This document shows positions 1-26,652 of a stretch of 64,000 bases of DNA, piece after piece (the stretch's first letter is position 1; the number at the start of each line of letters is the position of its first letter). Origin of the DNA: Bugula neritina (Eukaryota > Animalia > Bryozoa); NCBI GenBank assembly GCA_964035545.1, contig OZ037772.1:9169150-9233149 (forward strand), read 5' to 3'. A model generated the notes under the pieces. It saw nothing but the letters and a program-made list of their open reading frames with translations, was not told the origin of the DNA and searched no databases. Position numbers and translations under genes: made by a program.

Positions 1-478
1 TTTAGTAACACATACATATAGTGTAGTAAAAGCAATTACAGTTTTTGATATCATAATACTATGTTGCAGCATCTAAAATAGCATGATCAGCAGTCAACTA
101 TACAACATGTAATAAAATTTACGATATCATTTAGTAATAATGATATTCCCTCTCATCTACTATATAGCATCGTATAGCACGTACTATCTATAATGCAACA
201 TGTGATAACACATGCTTTAGCGTATATAATAGCACAAATAATAGTAGCATGGCACTTACATATTAGTATAATATATTAACATATAGGTGTAATAGCTAGC
301 ATTTATGGTAGCATTTACATTGTCACATGTTAGCACAAATAATAGCATGTATAGTTATAACATTCACATTATTATATACATATATCATAGCAAAGACCTT
401 AGCATATATAGTAGCATTCTATGCATCCTACATTCTATACATTAATAGCAGACTAAAGCATTAATATAATATCCTTAC

Positions 479-3400
479 CAGCTCAGGCTTGTTACGATCA
501 GAATACTGCCACAAAAAGGAAACAGCTTCATTGGCTGACGGTGGACCCAGCACATTGGCCGGGATCTCTTTATGGTTGTTGACATATATCACAGGCTCCT
601 CTTGTATACCTGCATGACAGAAAAAAGAAGACAACTACCAACACGACCACAGAGAAACATATATAATATTATATTATATTTATTTTAATATATAATATCT
701 TATTATGATATACTATAAAACTTACCATTGTTTAATAAAAATGTTGTTCTCTGCCTGATAGGTTGTGTAGAATCATATTTTACTAAAAGTTTAACGTTCC
801 ATTCAGCAGAGCGTAAAATTTCATAATCTTCTACAAGAAACATGAAACAATTAAGATAAAACAGAAATATCTATTACATGTTAGATGGTTGTGAGGATGA
901 TAAATACGAAAATATATAATTTAATATGTGCAAACATGTTAAATTATAGCAAACAACTGACAACAATTGAATTAGTTAAATTTGATAGCCTATAATAAGA
1001 GAAAAGTTTATGAAACATTGGATTTGGGGTTTGGTTTCAATACTATCAGTGAGATTTCAAACTATCTGTAAAGACGTTTATGAAGTTACTTAGAGTAGAA
1101 CAACCATCTACAGTTTTATCTATTTTATAAACACAAACTGCATGTATATATAGAGCTTTATTTTTATCTATAATGTATTCATTTTAAACTAATGCATTTA
1201 GATGAGTTAAACTATATTATTTAAGTAATTATATGTTCGTGCATGTATGGTCTAAATTAATTTATAAAGTAACTCATTTAGTCAACTGCTATTAAAGTAA
1301 AATAATAAAGTAAAATAATTTAGTTTATGATTTAAATGTTTCATAAATAAATTTATGAATCTAAATTTCTATTCATATTTAGTTTATGATTTAAATGTTT
1401 CATAAATAAATTTATGAATCTAAATTTCTATTCATATACAAATTAGAAAAGTGTCTGACTACTTTCATTGTACCTTTATGCTTTATGCAGTTCAATTTAT
1501 GATACCAATATTTCTATCGACTAAAATTAACAAGTTATTGAAGTGCCAACTGTTAAAAAAGCTATTTTTGTTTTAATGAGGCACAGCCAGTGCTAACTAA
1601 AAGGCCTCTGGCACTTGGCTGTGCTGTAGAAAGCTTTTCGTAGTACGTTTTATTATAGCTAAAGTAGCTTAGCAAAGTAGCGCTATAATTTCACTACAAC
1701 TTTAGTGGTCAAAGTAAGAAGTTACCTGAGTTTGAAGACTTGAGTGCCAGCCAGGTTATGAACTCATAGTCTACGTTGATCAGTGACATCGGCTCTTCGG
1801 CAACTTTCTCTGGCAGGCAGCGACAGTTTTCTCCAAAAATTCTGTGTAAATTCAGTCTCTCACACAGCCGCTGCCAAAATGTCGCTTTTGATAACAAAAG
1901 ATTGTAGCAGTTTGTAGGAAAAATAGCATCTGGCTCGTCAATCATTTCCAGATAAAGAAGTCGTTCTGGTGACGGCCCTTCTATATTCAAAACCTGTCAA
2001 ATAAAATTTGAAAGAAATTTTCAATTTAAAGTGCCTTATACTTTCTAAAACATATTTTTGAGTGAAAATTTTAGGTTATTAAGTGGAAATAAGTGGAATT
2101 GTACTTTTACAACAAATGGCATAGTAGCCTAAGATCCTTTAAATGACAGTGTGAAGCGTTGTAGCTCTGAAGAAAGAAAAAATAAAACACACAAGCATCA
2201 TACACTTCATGGTCATATATAATATAACCTAAACAGTTTCATCTGCCCCACTGACATTCAACAGATAAATTCACTCAAATTTTGACCACCCACTCAACAT
2301 TAAATTACCAACTCAACATTGAGCCATTAATGCACCCACTCAACCTTGGACAACCCACTCGATATTTTACGACTCACTATGCAGCTAATGAACCACTCAC
2401 CCATTATTTGACCACCCGCTATGCAGTAGACCACCCACATATACTGTGGATCACACACTATACAGTGGACCACCTACTATACTGTGGACCACCTACTATA
2501 CAGTGAACCACCGAGACTAAGTATTGGACCACCCACATATACTGTGGACCACCCACATATACTTTGGGCCACCCACATATACTGTGGACCACCCACATAT
2601 ACTTTGGGCCACCCACATATGCTGTGGACCACCTACTATACAGAGGACCACCCACTCTACAGAGGACCACCCACTCCACAGAGGACCACCAATGCTCCAC
2701 AGAGTACCAGTTACAAAATGTCAAACTTACAGAATGTATGTCATACCACGGATAATCAGCACCAGTTGAGTCGTTCAAAATTAGCTGCTGAGCTAAAAAT
2801 TATTCAAATGCAATGTTGAACTTTTATATAACTATAATATACATATACAATACTTATCTTGCTGGAAACTAAGAATTTATAACATAAATAAATGTTTTTT
2901 TTTCTAAAAGTTAGTGTTACTGTTATTGCTCACGTCCTTCCAACAAATCAATTTTTCCTGTTAAACGACCAGCTTTTCCATAATGACTAGAAAAGTTGCA
3001 TTTTTTCACTGCTTGAATGTACCCCACTCGCACAGTCTCTCCAACTGCTACCGGTGGTAGCTCAACTCTTGCCGTTGACCTATAAACATTGAATTAAAAT
3101 ACATTTTGCCAGTTATCATTGCCATCAGATTAGGTAACATTTTTCAGTAGATGAACTTATGTAGCTTTGTTTACGTATGAATAAAATATTTTATAACATA
3201 ATAATAATAGTTATTTATAGGTATTTAATAAAATTTATGATTTAATAAAAAGTTTTGAGCTCAAAGTTATTTCTATATATAGACTAATAGACTTGCTCAT
3301 GTGGTTTGTATATCCTGACAAAGCCTATATTATTATTAATGCCAAATAGATTTTCAAATTATAAGTGCTGCATAGCAATTGCATGAATTTTGGTACATTG

Positions 3401-4601
3401 CCAAAAATTAGCAAAATCAAGCATTACTTATACGGAGCACATACTCTGATACAAGAAAAAAAACTATGTGGATTTTTCAGTGTATAATAATGTGTATAAT
3501 AATGTGTATAATAATGTGTATAATAATGATTATTAATTTATATTTATCTAGCACCTTCATCAAAAATACTTGACTTAAAAATTGAATACTTACAAAGAAA
3601 AGCCTTAAAACTGAAAATAAATCTTAATAAAATATTTAAATGACTTGTTGTTGAAAGCAAAACAAGTAAAAGGTTTTTAAAAACTTCTTTCAAAAACTCA
3701 CATGAAAAGTGTAAGCTCAGCCTTCAGTTTATTTCTATCTTCATACTCAATGAAAAAAGCAGGGTAGTTGACTTGAGAAGCCGTGAACCCTTTGACCTCT
3801 ACTGGTTGATAGAGGTAACAGGAAGTGGTTAGACATCTTCTACTGTCAAATAATAACAAATACACTTTAGTCTCGCAGTTGATATTCTAAACTTTCTGTC
3901 TAACTAATATTGACAGAACCACAAACTTGACTCGCCAAATCTTTTACAGGAATTTTGAACTTTAAAAAAGTGTAATATTTTTCAACAGTTTGCTTCAAGT
4001 ATTCTTCTTATATAATTAGTTATTATTCATGGAAATTTTTTTTTCCTTCTAGCAGGCTACCTTGAGTCTCTTCAAAGATTACTCTGTAATATTATAGCAT
4101 TCAAGTATATGAAACTGTTGGATAAGATTAAACACCCTACTACTCATTCCCATTCAAAAAGCATTAAAAGAATGTCAGCTTTTTACGACAGCTTGAAATA
4201 AATTCAAATCAAACTTTCTTCCATTTCTTGGCTAGATTTTTTTCCCACTTTTTTCTCACGTGCAGGCAAAAAAATATATATTTATACATATATAGGTTCA
4301 CAAGCACTTAAAAAATAACATTTCTCATTATATAGTTAATAATATTATATGAATCAATGACAAAATAACTTTTGAATTGTTTTAATTACACACAATTATA
4401 ACACTAAAGCATTATTCTTTGTTGAATAGCTTTTTAAAACCCAACGAACCTGTCTCCTATTTGATTTAATGAAATAAAATGCTGACTTGTGGAGGTGATG
4501 TGGTGATAGCTTGCAGTGACACAGCTTACAGGTGCTCTCCTTTCATAGCTGCTGAGCCTGCAGCTGCTTCTGACAACTGCTTGAACCAATATAGACCTCA
4601 T
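479..4601 (-). CDS. FAM78: FAM78-like protein, diverged paralog 1 (last exon not found, probably off the left edge)
   Basis: Seven phase-compatible GT-AG exons: 4601-4450, 3842-3702, 3079-2934 (146 nt), 2792-2731, 1993-1726, 830-726, 609-479. Translation: MRSILVQAVVRSSCRLSS...SRRCLTTSCYLYQ...ARVELPPVAVGETVRVGYIQAV...ILNDSTGADYPWY...FITWLAL...ILRSAEW...IPANVLGPPSANEAVSFLW. Motifs match FAM78 (GWIQAC, SDSDGxxYPWY, FTTWL, PNANDAQxLxW). Confidence 0.85.
1319..1437. repeat. 59-bp tandem duplication
   Basis: TTTAGTTTATGATTTAAATG...TTCTATTCATA occurs twice. Confidence 0.85.
2425..2700. repeat. Minisatellite, ~19-20-bp unit GGACCACCCACATATACTGT
   Basis: About 13 degenerate tandem units in intron 4 of paralog 1. 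Confidence 0.9.
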
Positions 4602-5177
4602 TGGGCCACTTAACTGATTTTAATTATGATTTTTTATCTTGAAATAACAAAGTCGGGAATTCTTATTTCATTTGCTAATTTTTTGTGATACCTGATCACA
4701 TTACAAGTTATAGTATTTTTAGGAAATATACTATATATTTATTATATTATTATTTTTAGAAATATGAATAATATTTGCAATATCTTATGTTAAATAGTTT
4801 TATAACATAGCAGCAAATTATTAAAATAGTTCTTATAACATTAGTGCATTAACATACAAATGTTATACATTTTAGAATATTTTATTATTTCTGACCATAT
4901 GCGTGAGAGCCATCAGTTTATTTTGAGGGATTATTTTTTGTTGACTAACTTGTTAAAATATTTTTTATTCTTAAAACTTTATGACCAAAATTTTAGCTAT
5001 AATATTTCAATTTTTAAGAATGTTTTCACAATAATATTATTTTATATTTGACTTCTTTTGTTTTCTTTGATGAAAAAACACATGAAAAACGATTATACAA
5101 GCATATACAATTTACAATATACAGATCATTCAAATGTGTCAAATAAAATAAACATAAAGTTGGTTTTTTGACTCAAG

Positions 5178-11996
<6,819 letters not shown>

Positions 11997-13201
11997 CAAA
12001 ACTCAAAGTGAAATATTTTACTATAGCAACAGTTTCTTTGTATTGTTTCTATCTTAAATACTTTTATAGTGAAACAATGAAAATATTTTAAATTGTTCTA
12101 AGCGAGAAGAATAAAAAAAAATATGATTATTAAAATATATTATTTTGAAAAATTAGATGTTGTCTCTAAAAAGTTGATTTAACAATAATAATATAAAAGA
12201 GATGAGGAATTATAAGGCCACCAGTCTTTAATCCAAGTATTACACTAAGTGACTTGTGATGTAAACATGTTGAATATTAAGAAAAAAGCTCTATATACAA
12301 GCAGTCCAAAGTTAGCAACAGAACTCAACAAAACACTATAGTGTTTTGTTGGGTTCTGTTGCTAACTACCTCCTTATACTAGCTTATTTATTGATAAGTA
12401 AAAAATAACTGCTGGGAAGTATGCTTGATGCAGTCTAGCTTCAGTTTTTTTTTATAAAAGCTGAAGGTGGCATGGGATGCTTTCTTTCTAAAAAAAACAT
12501 TTATTTATGCAAACTAAGTCAATATTGTTAATCGTTTAATTATAGGATAAATTTGTTGTTTTTTTTATTAATTATTATTCAGTTTTTTGTAATTTTATTG
12601 ACTATAGTTATAATAAAAAATTTAAAGCTGCCTTCTGATGTTTGTTACATACCTATAATAATTAAATTAAATTAAATTAATTAAGCAGTGATTGATACAC
12701 AAGCAAGTCATTTTACTAAAGAAAGTTTATAATTTAGTACACATTAAATATTTCTATCTAGTTTTAGTTATCTTATATATGTATATTCAATTTCTTGCAT
12801 AAAACTGATAGAATGATAATAAATACAGCTGAATATACATCTAAGGCTATTTCTCATTTTGTTTGACTTTCCATATATGTTTTTTTTTATTTTTTTAGTC
12901 AAGTTATTTGTGCTGGAAAAATCTTTGCAGTTCACACATTATAATTTGTGTGTAGGCTTGAGTGGGATTTCGTGTGATTTTACAATATTTTAATCTATAA
13001 TAATTTATAATTTGGTCATTTTAGTGTATTTCTCAATTTAATTGCAATAAAATTATTGACATACTTTAAATGCCATAAATAACACAAAATATATTGTAAT
13101 TAAATTAATATAATTATATAATAATGTAGTGTAATAATTAGAATAATTAGTTTAATGCAAAACTATTTTTATTTATTTTTAGTATAGATAAATTATTCAA
13201 G

Positions 13202-20085
<6,884 letters not shown>

Positions 20086-20517
20086 ACTAAACACCCTTAA
20101 TATATTTATAAGAAAAGCTATACGCACCACAGAGTTGGTATCAACAACCTGCTAAACCCTGGGATGACTATTATATTTGATTGAACACTATAACCGGTTG
20201 TGAATAAGTTCATGTGATGTAAAATTTTAAAGTAATATATAAAGTTTGAGTTGTCTTTCCTTGTAAAGCAACTGATCTATACAGAGTACATATTATATAG
20301 TAACAATTAATTGGCAATATATTGCTGAAACAGCAAAACAATGCTTAATATGAAATAGTGTAAACATAGTGTTTCCATTACATACAAGTAATAACAAAGA
20401 ATATGTAATTTTTATAAGAAAACAGTTATTGAGTAATTTTTACTTAGAGATGTACATCTAATATTGCAATATTGAATGTGATGTAATGGAGATTTCTTTT
20501 CAGTATACTACATACAC

Positions 20518-20679
20518 TGTGTGTGTGTGCGCGTGTTCGTGTGCGTGTGCGTGTGTGTGTGCGTGTGCGTGTGTGTGTGTGTTTTCGTGTGCGTGTGCGT
20601 GTGCGTGCGTGTGCGTGTGAGTGTGCGTGTGAGTGTGCGTGTGAGTGTGCGTGTGAGTGTGCGTGTGTGTGTGCGTGCG

Positions 20680-20720
<41 letters not shown>

Positions 20721-20868
20721 GTGCGTGTGCGAGTGTGTGTGTGAGTGTGTCTGTGTGTGTGTGCGTGTGTGCGTGCGTGTGTGCGTGTGTGAGTGTGTGT
20801 GTGAGTGTGTGTGTGTTGGTGTGTGTGTGTGCGTGTGTGAGTGCGTGAGTGCGTGTGTGTGTGTGTGT
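20518..20868. repeat. Compound (GT)n/(GTGC)n microsatellite
   Basis: Seen directly in the sequence. Confidence 0.95.
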
Positions 20869-22666
20869 TTTCGGATTTGTTTGAGTGATTAGTTTCATTT
20901 ATAAAAATTAACATCACATGAACAGCTCAGGAAGACTACAACTGTAAACTCACTCACAGGAATTAGCATTTCTTTTCAAAACTTGTATAACCATCAATGG
21001 TAGGATACAGAGTCCAGAGCAGAAATGGTTTGCAAGCAAACATCTCACTAGTTATATGATACATGGAATGGCTGATGCATAAAACACAGCATTCATTATA
21101 ATTTCATTCTAAACTGAACTCTATCAGCTCGTATGTAAGATTCGTTCATGAAATATTGATTGACAGAAATCGAAGTTAGTTTCTTACAGGAAATTAAAAC
21201 AGTTTCAAAGGTTTTCAATTCGATAGGGTATAGACATTCGGCAGCATTATGTAATTATGTTGCGTTTAGAATAAAGTAGAGAAAAGTGAATACACTTTTT
21301 GAGTGGTTTGAAATAAAGGTGAGCATAGACTATAAACAAAGCTGAGGCCAGGAAACTTAGTTTTAAAGATGTTAATTATATTTTCTAGTTTTTAACATGA
21401 GATATTTCCAGCAATCAGAGAAATAAAACCAACATGATGTGTCTATAGATTTTTATTGCAAATACATCCTTAGTGAAGTATCTTCACTTTAAAATCACTA
21501 ACATTAAATGTCAAAGTCTTGAAATAATGTTTTATTGATTGCCATTTAAAACCTTAAGTTGAAAACCCTAATGCAAGTTATTTTAGCAATTTTAGTCAAT
21601 CTATATGAAATAATGCCAAATAATATAGTTATACTGTTTAGGTAGTGATGTTGAAAAAAACATTACATAAATAATATAAAACATTTATACGAACTGTTGC
21701 AATTCCATTTTTAGGTTTTGTATTGTTCAAGTTTTAAAATATATTTATTTGCATTCATTTTGCAGGTATTGTTTTTTAGAAATATCTAATATTATACAAC
21801 TTGCTTGGCTTCAGTCTATGAATTAAATTTTTGGGAAAAATGTGCAAATGCAAATCTTTCTATATGAATTACAGTTGGTCTATATATAAAACCTGTAATG
21901 CAGTTTGTATATTTACATGTGTGCATGTGTGCATATGTGCAAGTGTGCATATGTGTGTTGCCATATGCGAGTGTACAAGTGTGCGAGAGTGTGAGTGTTC
22001 TAATGTGTGTGTATGTAGAAATTTTACTACTAAAGCTGCAACACAAACAAATTATCTTATTTAGCTCTGATAATATTTACAGATAGTTTGGTCTTGATGT
22101 TGATTTTTTGCAAACGAATACAATTGCTCATTTAACAAAAAAATTAAAATTATATCTTAGAATTTTTAAATATATCTAAAATAATAAAAAGCTTTTTTGA
22201 AAATCTAAATTTTTTATTAGACAACATTAAATAATTATTAAGCCTAATTTAAAACAAAGTTTGCAAATTTTTGCAGAAAAAAAACAAAAATGTACAATAC
22301 AGATAGATGCATGGTTATTAAGACATTTGGCTGAATTTACTGTAGCTGCGTTTTATAATATTAATTTTACTATTTTATCCGAACACCGTAATTGCGTATG
22401 CAAGAGATATACAATAGCTCATACAAGATTAAAACGCCTGCCACTGCTTAAAGACTTTGAAAAATGACTTCAAACAAGAAAATAAACCTGTGTTTCTATT
22501 ATAGTGCACACAGCTCCTTTATTCCCAGCTATGCTACGATTACTAATATATGACAAACTATTTAAATATTTGACAATTGAAATATTAAAGCCACTAAACT
22601 GATATATGAGTCCAAATAAACAAAACTAGAAGACTGTAGCATCAAAAACGGGCGGCAAAACGATCA

Positions 22667-24872
22667 TCAAATGCCATGGACTTCGACTTCATAGAGATGT
22701 AAAAAGGTTTTAGCGTTGAACAGAATTTGAACGAAACGGCCTCTGATTGGTTGTTTACAAGTAGCCAGGGTGTAGTACCGGTTAAGAACTCCATCATGGT
22801 AGTAGCACAGGACTTCAGGGTTTGTTCCGGTAAATTCTATCTCTTCTTCTGCCATAGCAACTGTGACCTCAGCATTTAAAGACCTTGTCCATAAGTTATT
22901 TTCGTAGTATTCTATCAAGATAAATTATAAGGTTTATTAATTCATATTTTGACTTGTTCAAGCTTAAAATGTAGTCTGGACTGATGAAGTAATCTACGTA
23001 ATGTATAGACGTGTAATAAACGTTTATTAAAAAAATATGATAGCGTTAATGCTAAACTATAATAACCGTGACTAGAATATCAAATCACTGTCAACACAAG
23101 CAAATTTCAATAACCTTTTTTCAAGTTTAAATTAGTCTTGAAATTATATGAATGCGTAGTAAAGTTATAGAGATTGATTGAAATGCTGTGTCTTCAGCTT
23201 TTTCTATCAACGAATATTCTACAAATGATAGCGAGTAATATTTTATAAGCTGTACGGGATAAACACATGACATAAGAAAATAGATTGCAAAAATTAACTT
23301 TTCAATAAATTTATGTTGGCCAGAAACCTGAGAGCAACTTGAAATTATATGAAAGCAGAGTTGTGTAATCTATTACTACTTTTCAAAAATTAGTAAAGTA
23401 TTGCGTATAGGAACTAATACGTGTTGCAACACTAAATATTCGAATTAGACTATATATAACAATCAAAACTGCAAAGTTTTAGCAAATAAGTGCAGGTCAA
23501 TTAAGCTTTTTAAATGAAAGAAAAGTCTTTTAACGGCATAAAATGTTGAAAAGAAGCATGAAGCATACCAGTCCCTCTGTTAAGGATGTTGACAGCGCGG
23601 ACACAGTAAATATCAACCAGATCCACTCTCCACCAAGGTCTGTGTTCTTTCTGACTGTGTGCCATGGATGTCTCTATCGCAGGCTCATCATAAATACCAT
23701 CAACAGCTTTCGATGCTGAATGTTTGTTTGCGTATTGCATACTGGATAGTTTTGCTGGTTTACCTGCAGATAAAAATATTGAAATAACTTCAAGCAATAT
23801 TTTTTCCTTATTTAGATAGATTTACTTAAAAACATAATCATCTAGTAAGGCCAACACCTGTATTAAATATTATGTTTGTATTTTTACAATTTTCTTATTT
23901 TAACCTATGTAACAAACTAAACACTAGGCATTACAATAAAATATCATCAGTATTTTATAAAGTTATGCATGTGCAATACATGTAGCTGTGTGTTATTATT
24001 AATGTCTTTTATGCGAATAGCATATAGGGAGCAGCCGTGGTCTAGGGGTTAGAGCGTTTGCCTAGTAAACACGAAGGTCATGGGTTCGAGCATAGACAAA
24101 GGCCATTTATGATGTTAGGAAGAGCATCCAGTCATATAATTGCTCCTGTGCCTCATTTAAATAAGTCCTTAGTCCAATTTAACAAAAACCCTTTCTATCA
24201 AGGGTTTCTCACAGGGATAGTGACTATAAACTTGTGTGAGTCTGCGAATAGCATAGGTTAAAAAAGTCATTTCTGACGATTTATTTAGATAATTAATTAT
24301 TTAGATAATTATTGTTAACGATAAAATGTTCTGAATCAAATTGGGTCTGTGAATCATGTATTTTCTAAGCATATATGTATTATATAATTAACCTGCTTAA
24401 AGTACCTCTTGCAAGAAGTTTGTTTGAAGACTTGTTGGCTCTCTGTGAAATGAAGATGTAGTAGTCTTCACTTCTCCCATTCCACCCTGTGAAGAGATGA
24501 GGATTCACACATTGCTTCAGGAAACATCTTTTATTCTGAACATCATAAACCATTCCCAAGCAATTCTCATCTTCTTTACAGTCCAGCAGACATATTCCAA
24601 CAACTTCACTGAATACTGATTCACCTGTCATATAATCTGTGACTGACATGTTCTCTGGTACACTGTATCTTCTGAATCTGTTAGTGTCAGTACTACATTG
24701 TCCGTTGGCAAGTGTCACAAGGTGCAAAAAAACTGAAACGAAAAAAAACAGTTAAAAACATTCAAAAGAACGTATCCAAGCTTGGTTTATAAAGATATAT
24801 GCAATACATTAAGCACCATGAGTGATTCAAACAAAGCGATTGAGACAAACCTATTAGGTATAAGATATGCAT
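22667..24872 (-). CDS. Secreted PAN/apple + F-type lectin (FTP/F5-8C-like) domain protein (~262 aa)
   Basis: Exons 24872-24851, 24732-24406, 23763-23569, 22911-22667. Signal peptide MHILYLIVFLHLVTLANG; PAN-like CLLDCKEDENCLGMVYDVQNKRCFLK; FTP motifs LARGKPAKLSS, ASKAVDG, AHS..EHRPWWRVDL, VNILNR, GRFVQI, LHLYEVEVHG. Confidence 0.88.
24027..24241 (+). mobile_element. tRNA-derived SINE copy with target-site duplication, in lectin intron 2
   Basis: A box TGGTCTAGGGG, B box GGTTCGAGCA. Flanked by TGCGAATAGCATA direct repeats. Confidence 0.9.
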
Positions 24873-25200
24873 TGTCTTAGAATACCAGTCTTTTTTCCTA
24901 CACTGGTCGCAAAACATAAGCATCTGCTATAGCTACCTGTAAACTATAACTGCAGTTATATGTTCTTTGCATCGATGATCAATAAAAATAATGTTTATTT
25001 TAATTACATTGCAAGCGATGACACCTTTCTGTAGATTTCTTTTCAGTGTTTAAGTTTGATTGTAGCTTTTAATATTTTTAATGAAAGCTTGCCTGAAAGG
25101 GTATAATTTAGTTCATAGAAAATGAAAGTTGCATATGAAAGCTATTGCTACTGTACTTTTAATATTGATTTTTAAACTTCAAATATATCTATGTCTTTTT

Positions 25201-25285
<85 letters not shown>

Positions 25286-25589
25286 TTATATATACATGTA
25301 TATATATATTAAATTTATTATAGTTGTTAGTATCATAATAAAAATTAAAAATGAAATAAAAGAGTAGTGGAGTTCAAGTGTTTCTTAAACAAAGCAATAA
25401 TAAAAGTTTTATAGCATTGTTCACATATTGCAAATCATTCAAACATTAAGAAATACAATAGAATTACATACATTGGCATTTTCGTTTTTTTGTGACAGCT
25501 GTTGTACTATTAAACATTTTTACACAAATTTTAAAAATGAGGCTATTATCAGAATTAGGGCTAGAATAAGTTGCAAAGACTGTTTTACA

Positions 25590-26588
25590 ATGATTAAATT
25601 TCATCTGAATTTGCTATTTACGAACCGATATTTGCAGGTTTTTAATACTTTCCAAACCGTCAGGTGAGCTAAAAATGTTTAAAAGATCTTACCAAAACTG
25701 TAATTAATTATTGCTAGTAGGTATAAACCTGCATGTATTGTTAGTTTTTGAACTTTTTAGTTTAATTTGTTTTGTAAAATTGATTAATGTTAAGTTTAAG
25801 CAAAATTCGTTTCTAACTACTACATTATTTTTAGCACCTTTAAAGGCAATTCACCAAAATATTTTTTAATGTTTAAACAAAATTAAAATTTATATAAAAG
25901 CTTTTAATTAATTAGAACAGCAATTTTCTTCAACAATCACAAGGAACAAATGTTTTTTTAAATCGTTTATAAATTATATTAATTCAAAAGAATGCAGTAT
26001 CCATTTTTTGCCTTTTACAGTTCACCAAATTCTTAGACTCTAGAGTAATAGTAAAAGTAGCATGAACCAATTGTTACGCATGATTCAGGTGCACTATATC
26101 TACAAGCCACGCCCCTTATCTCCCCCTTCCATTTAACATCGATGATTACATCAAAGTAAAAAGTTTGAAATATTCCCTCACAAGAAGGAAACCTATAATA
26201 CACAAAACAACAGATATATCTGATCAAATAAAAGTAGCTACTGGAAAATTTAGGTGAATATTTTATACTTGTGTGAGAATGACTTATACATAATAAATTG
26301 CAAAAATAAAAATGCAAAATGGAGTCATCTGATTCAATATATATTACATATTATTTTACAATTGAGGTATCTAATGAAGTAATTAATTATATATTACCAA
26401 ATTATAATTACTTACCAACTTTATTTTTACAAAATTGTTGCATTTTTGCTATGGGATTAAAAAGCAATGCATTTGAAGGTTAAAAGTTTTAAATAATGGT
26501 TGGTTGCATTATATAAAACGTATATTATTACTGTTAAAAAGAGCTTAGAAATCTATTAAAAGACTTTCTATACACACACACACACTCA

Positions 26589-26652
<64 letters not shown>

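Noticed and set aside
2282-2819. Six overlapping ORFs and a regularly spaced ~20-bp repeat (CRISPR-like at a glance)
   Set aside because: Head-to-tail minisatellite with no unique spacers and no cas genes, inside a eukaryotic intron; only 2731-2792 is a real exon.
20444-22086. His/Thr- and Cys/Val-rich ORFs
   Set aside because: (CA/GT)-type microsatellite translations.
24027-24100. tRNA-like A and B boxes, here and in about ten other places
   Set aside because: SINE heads continuing into a shared non-tRNA body with TSDs; not tRNA genes.
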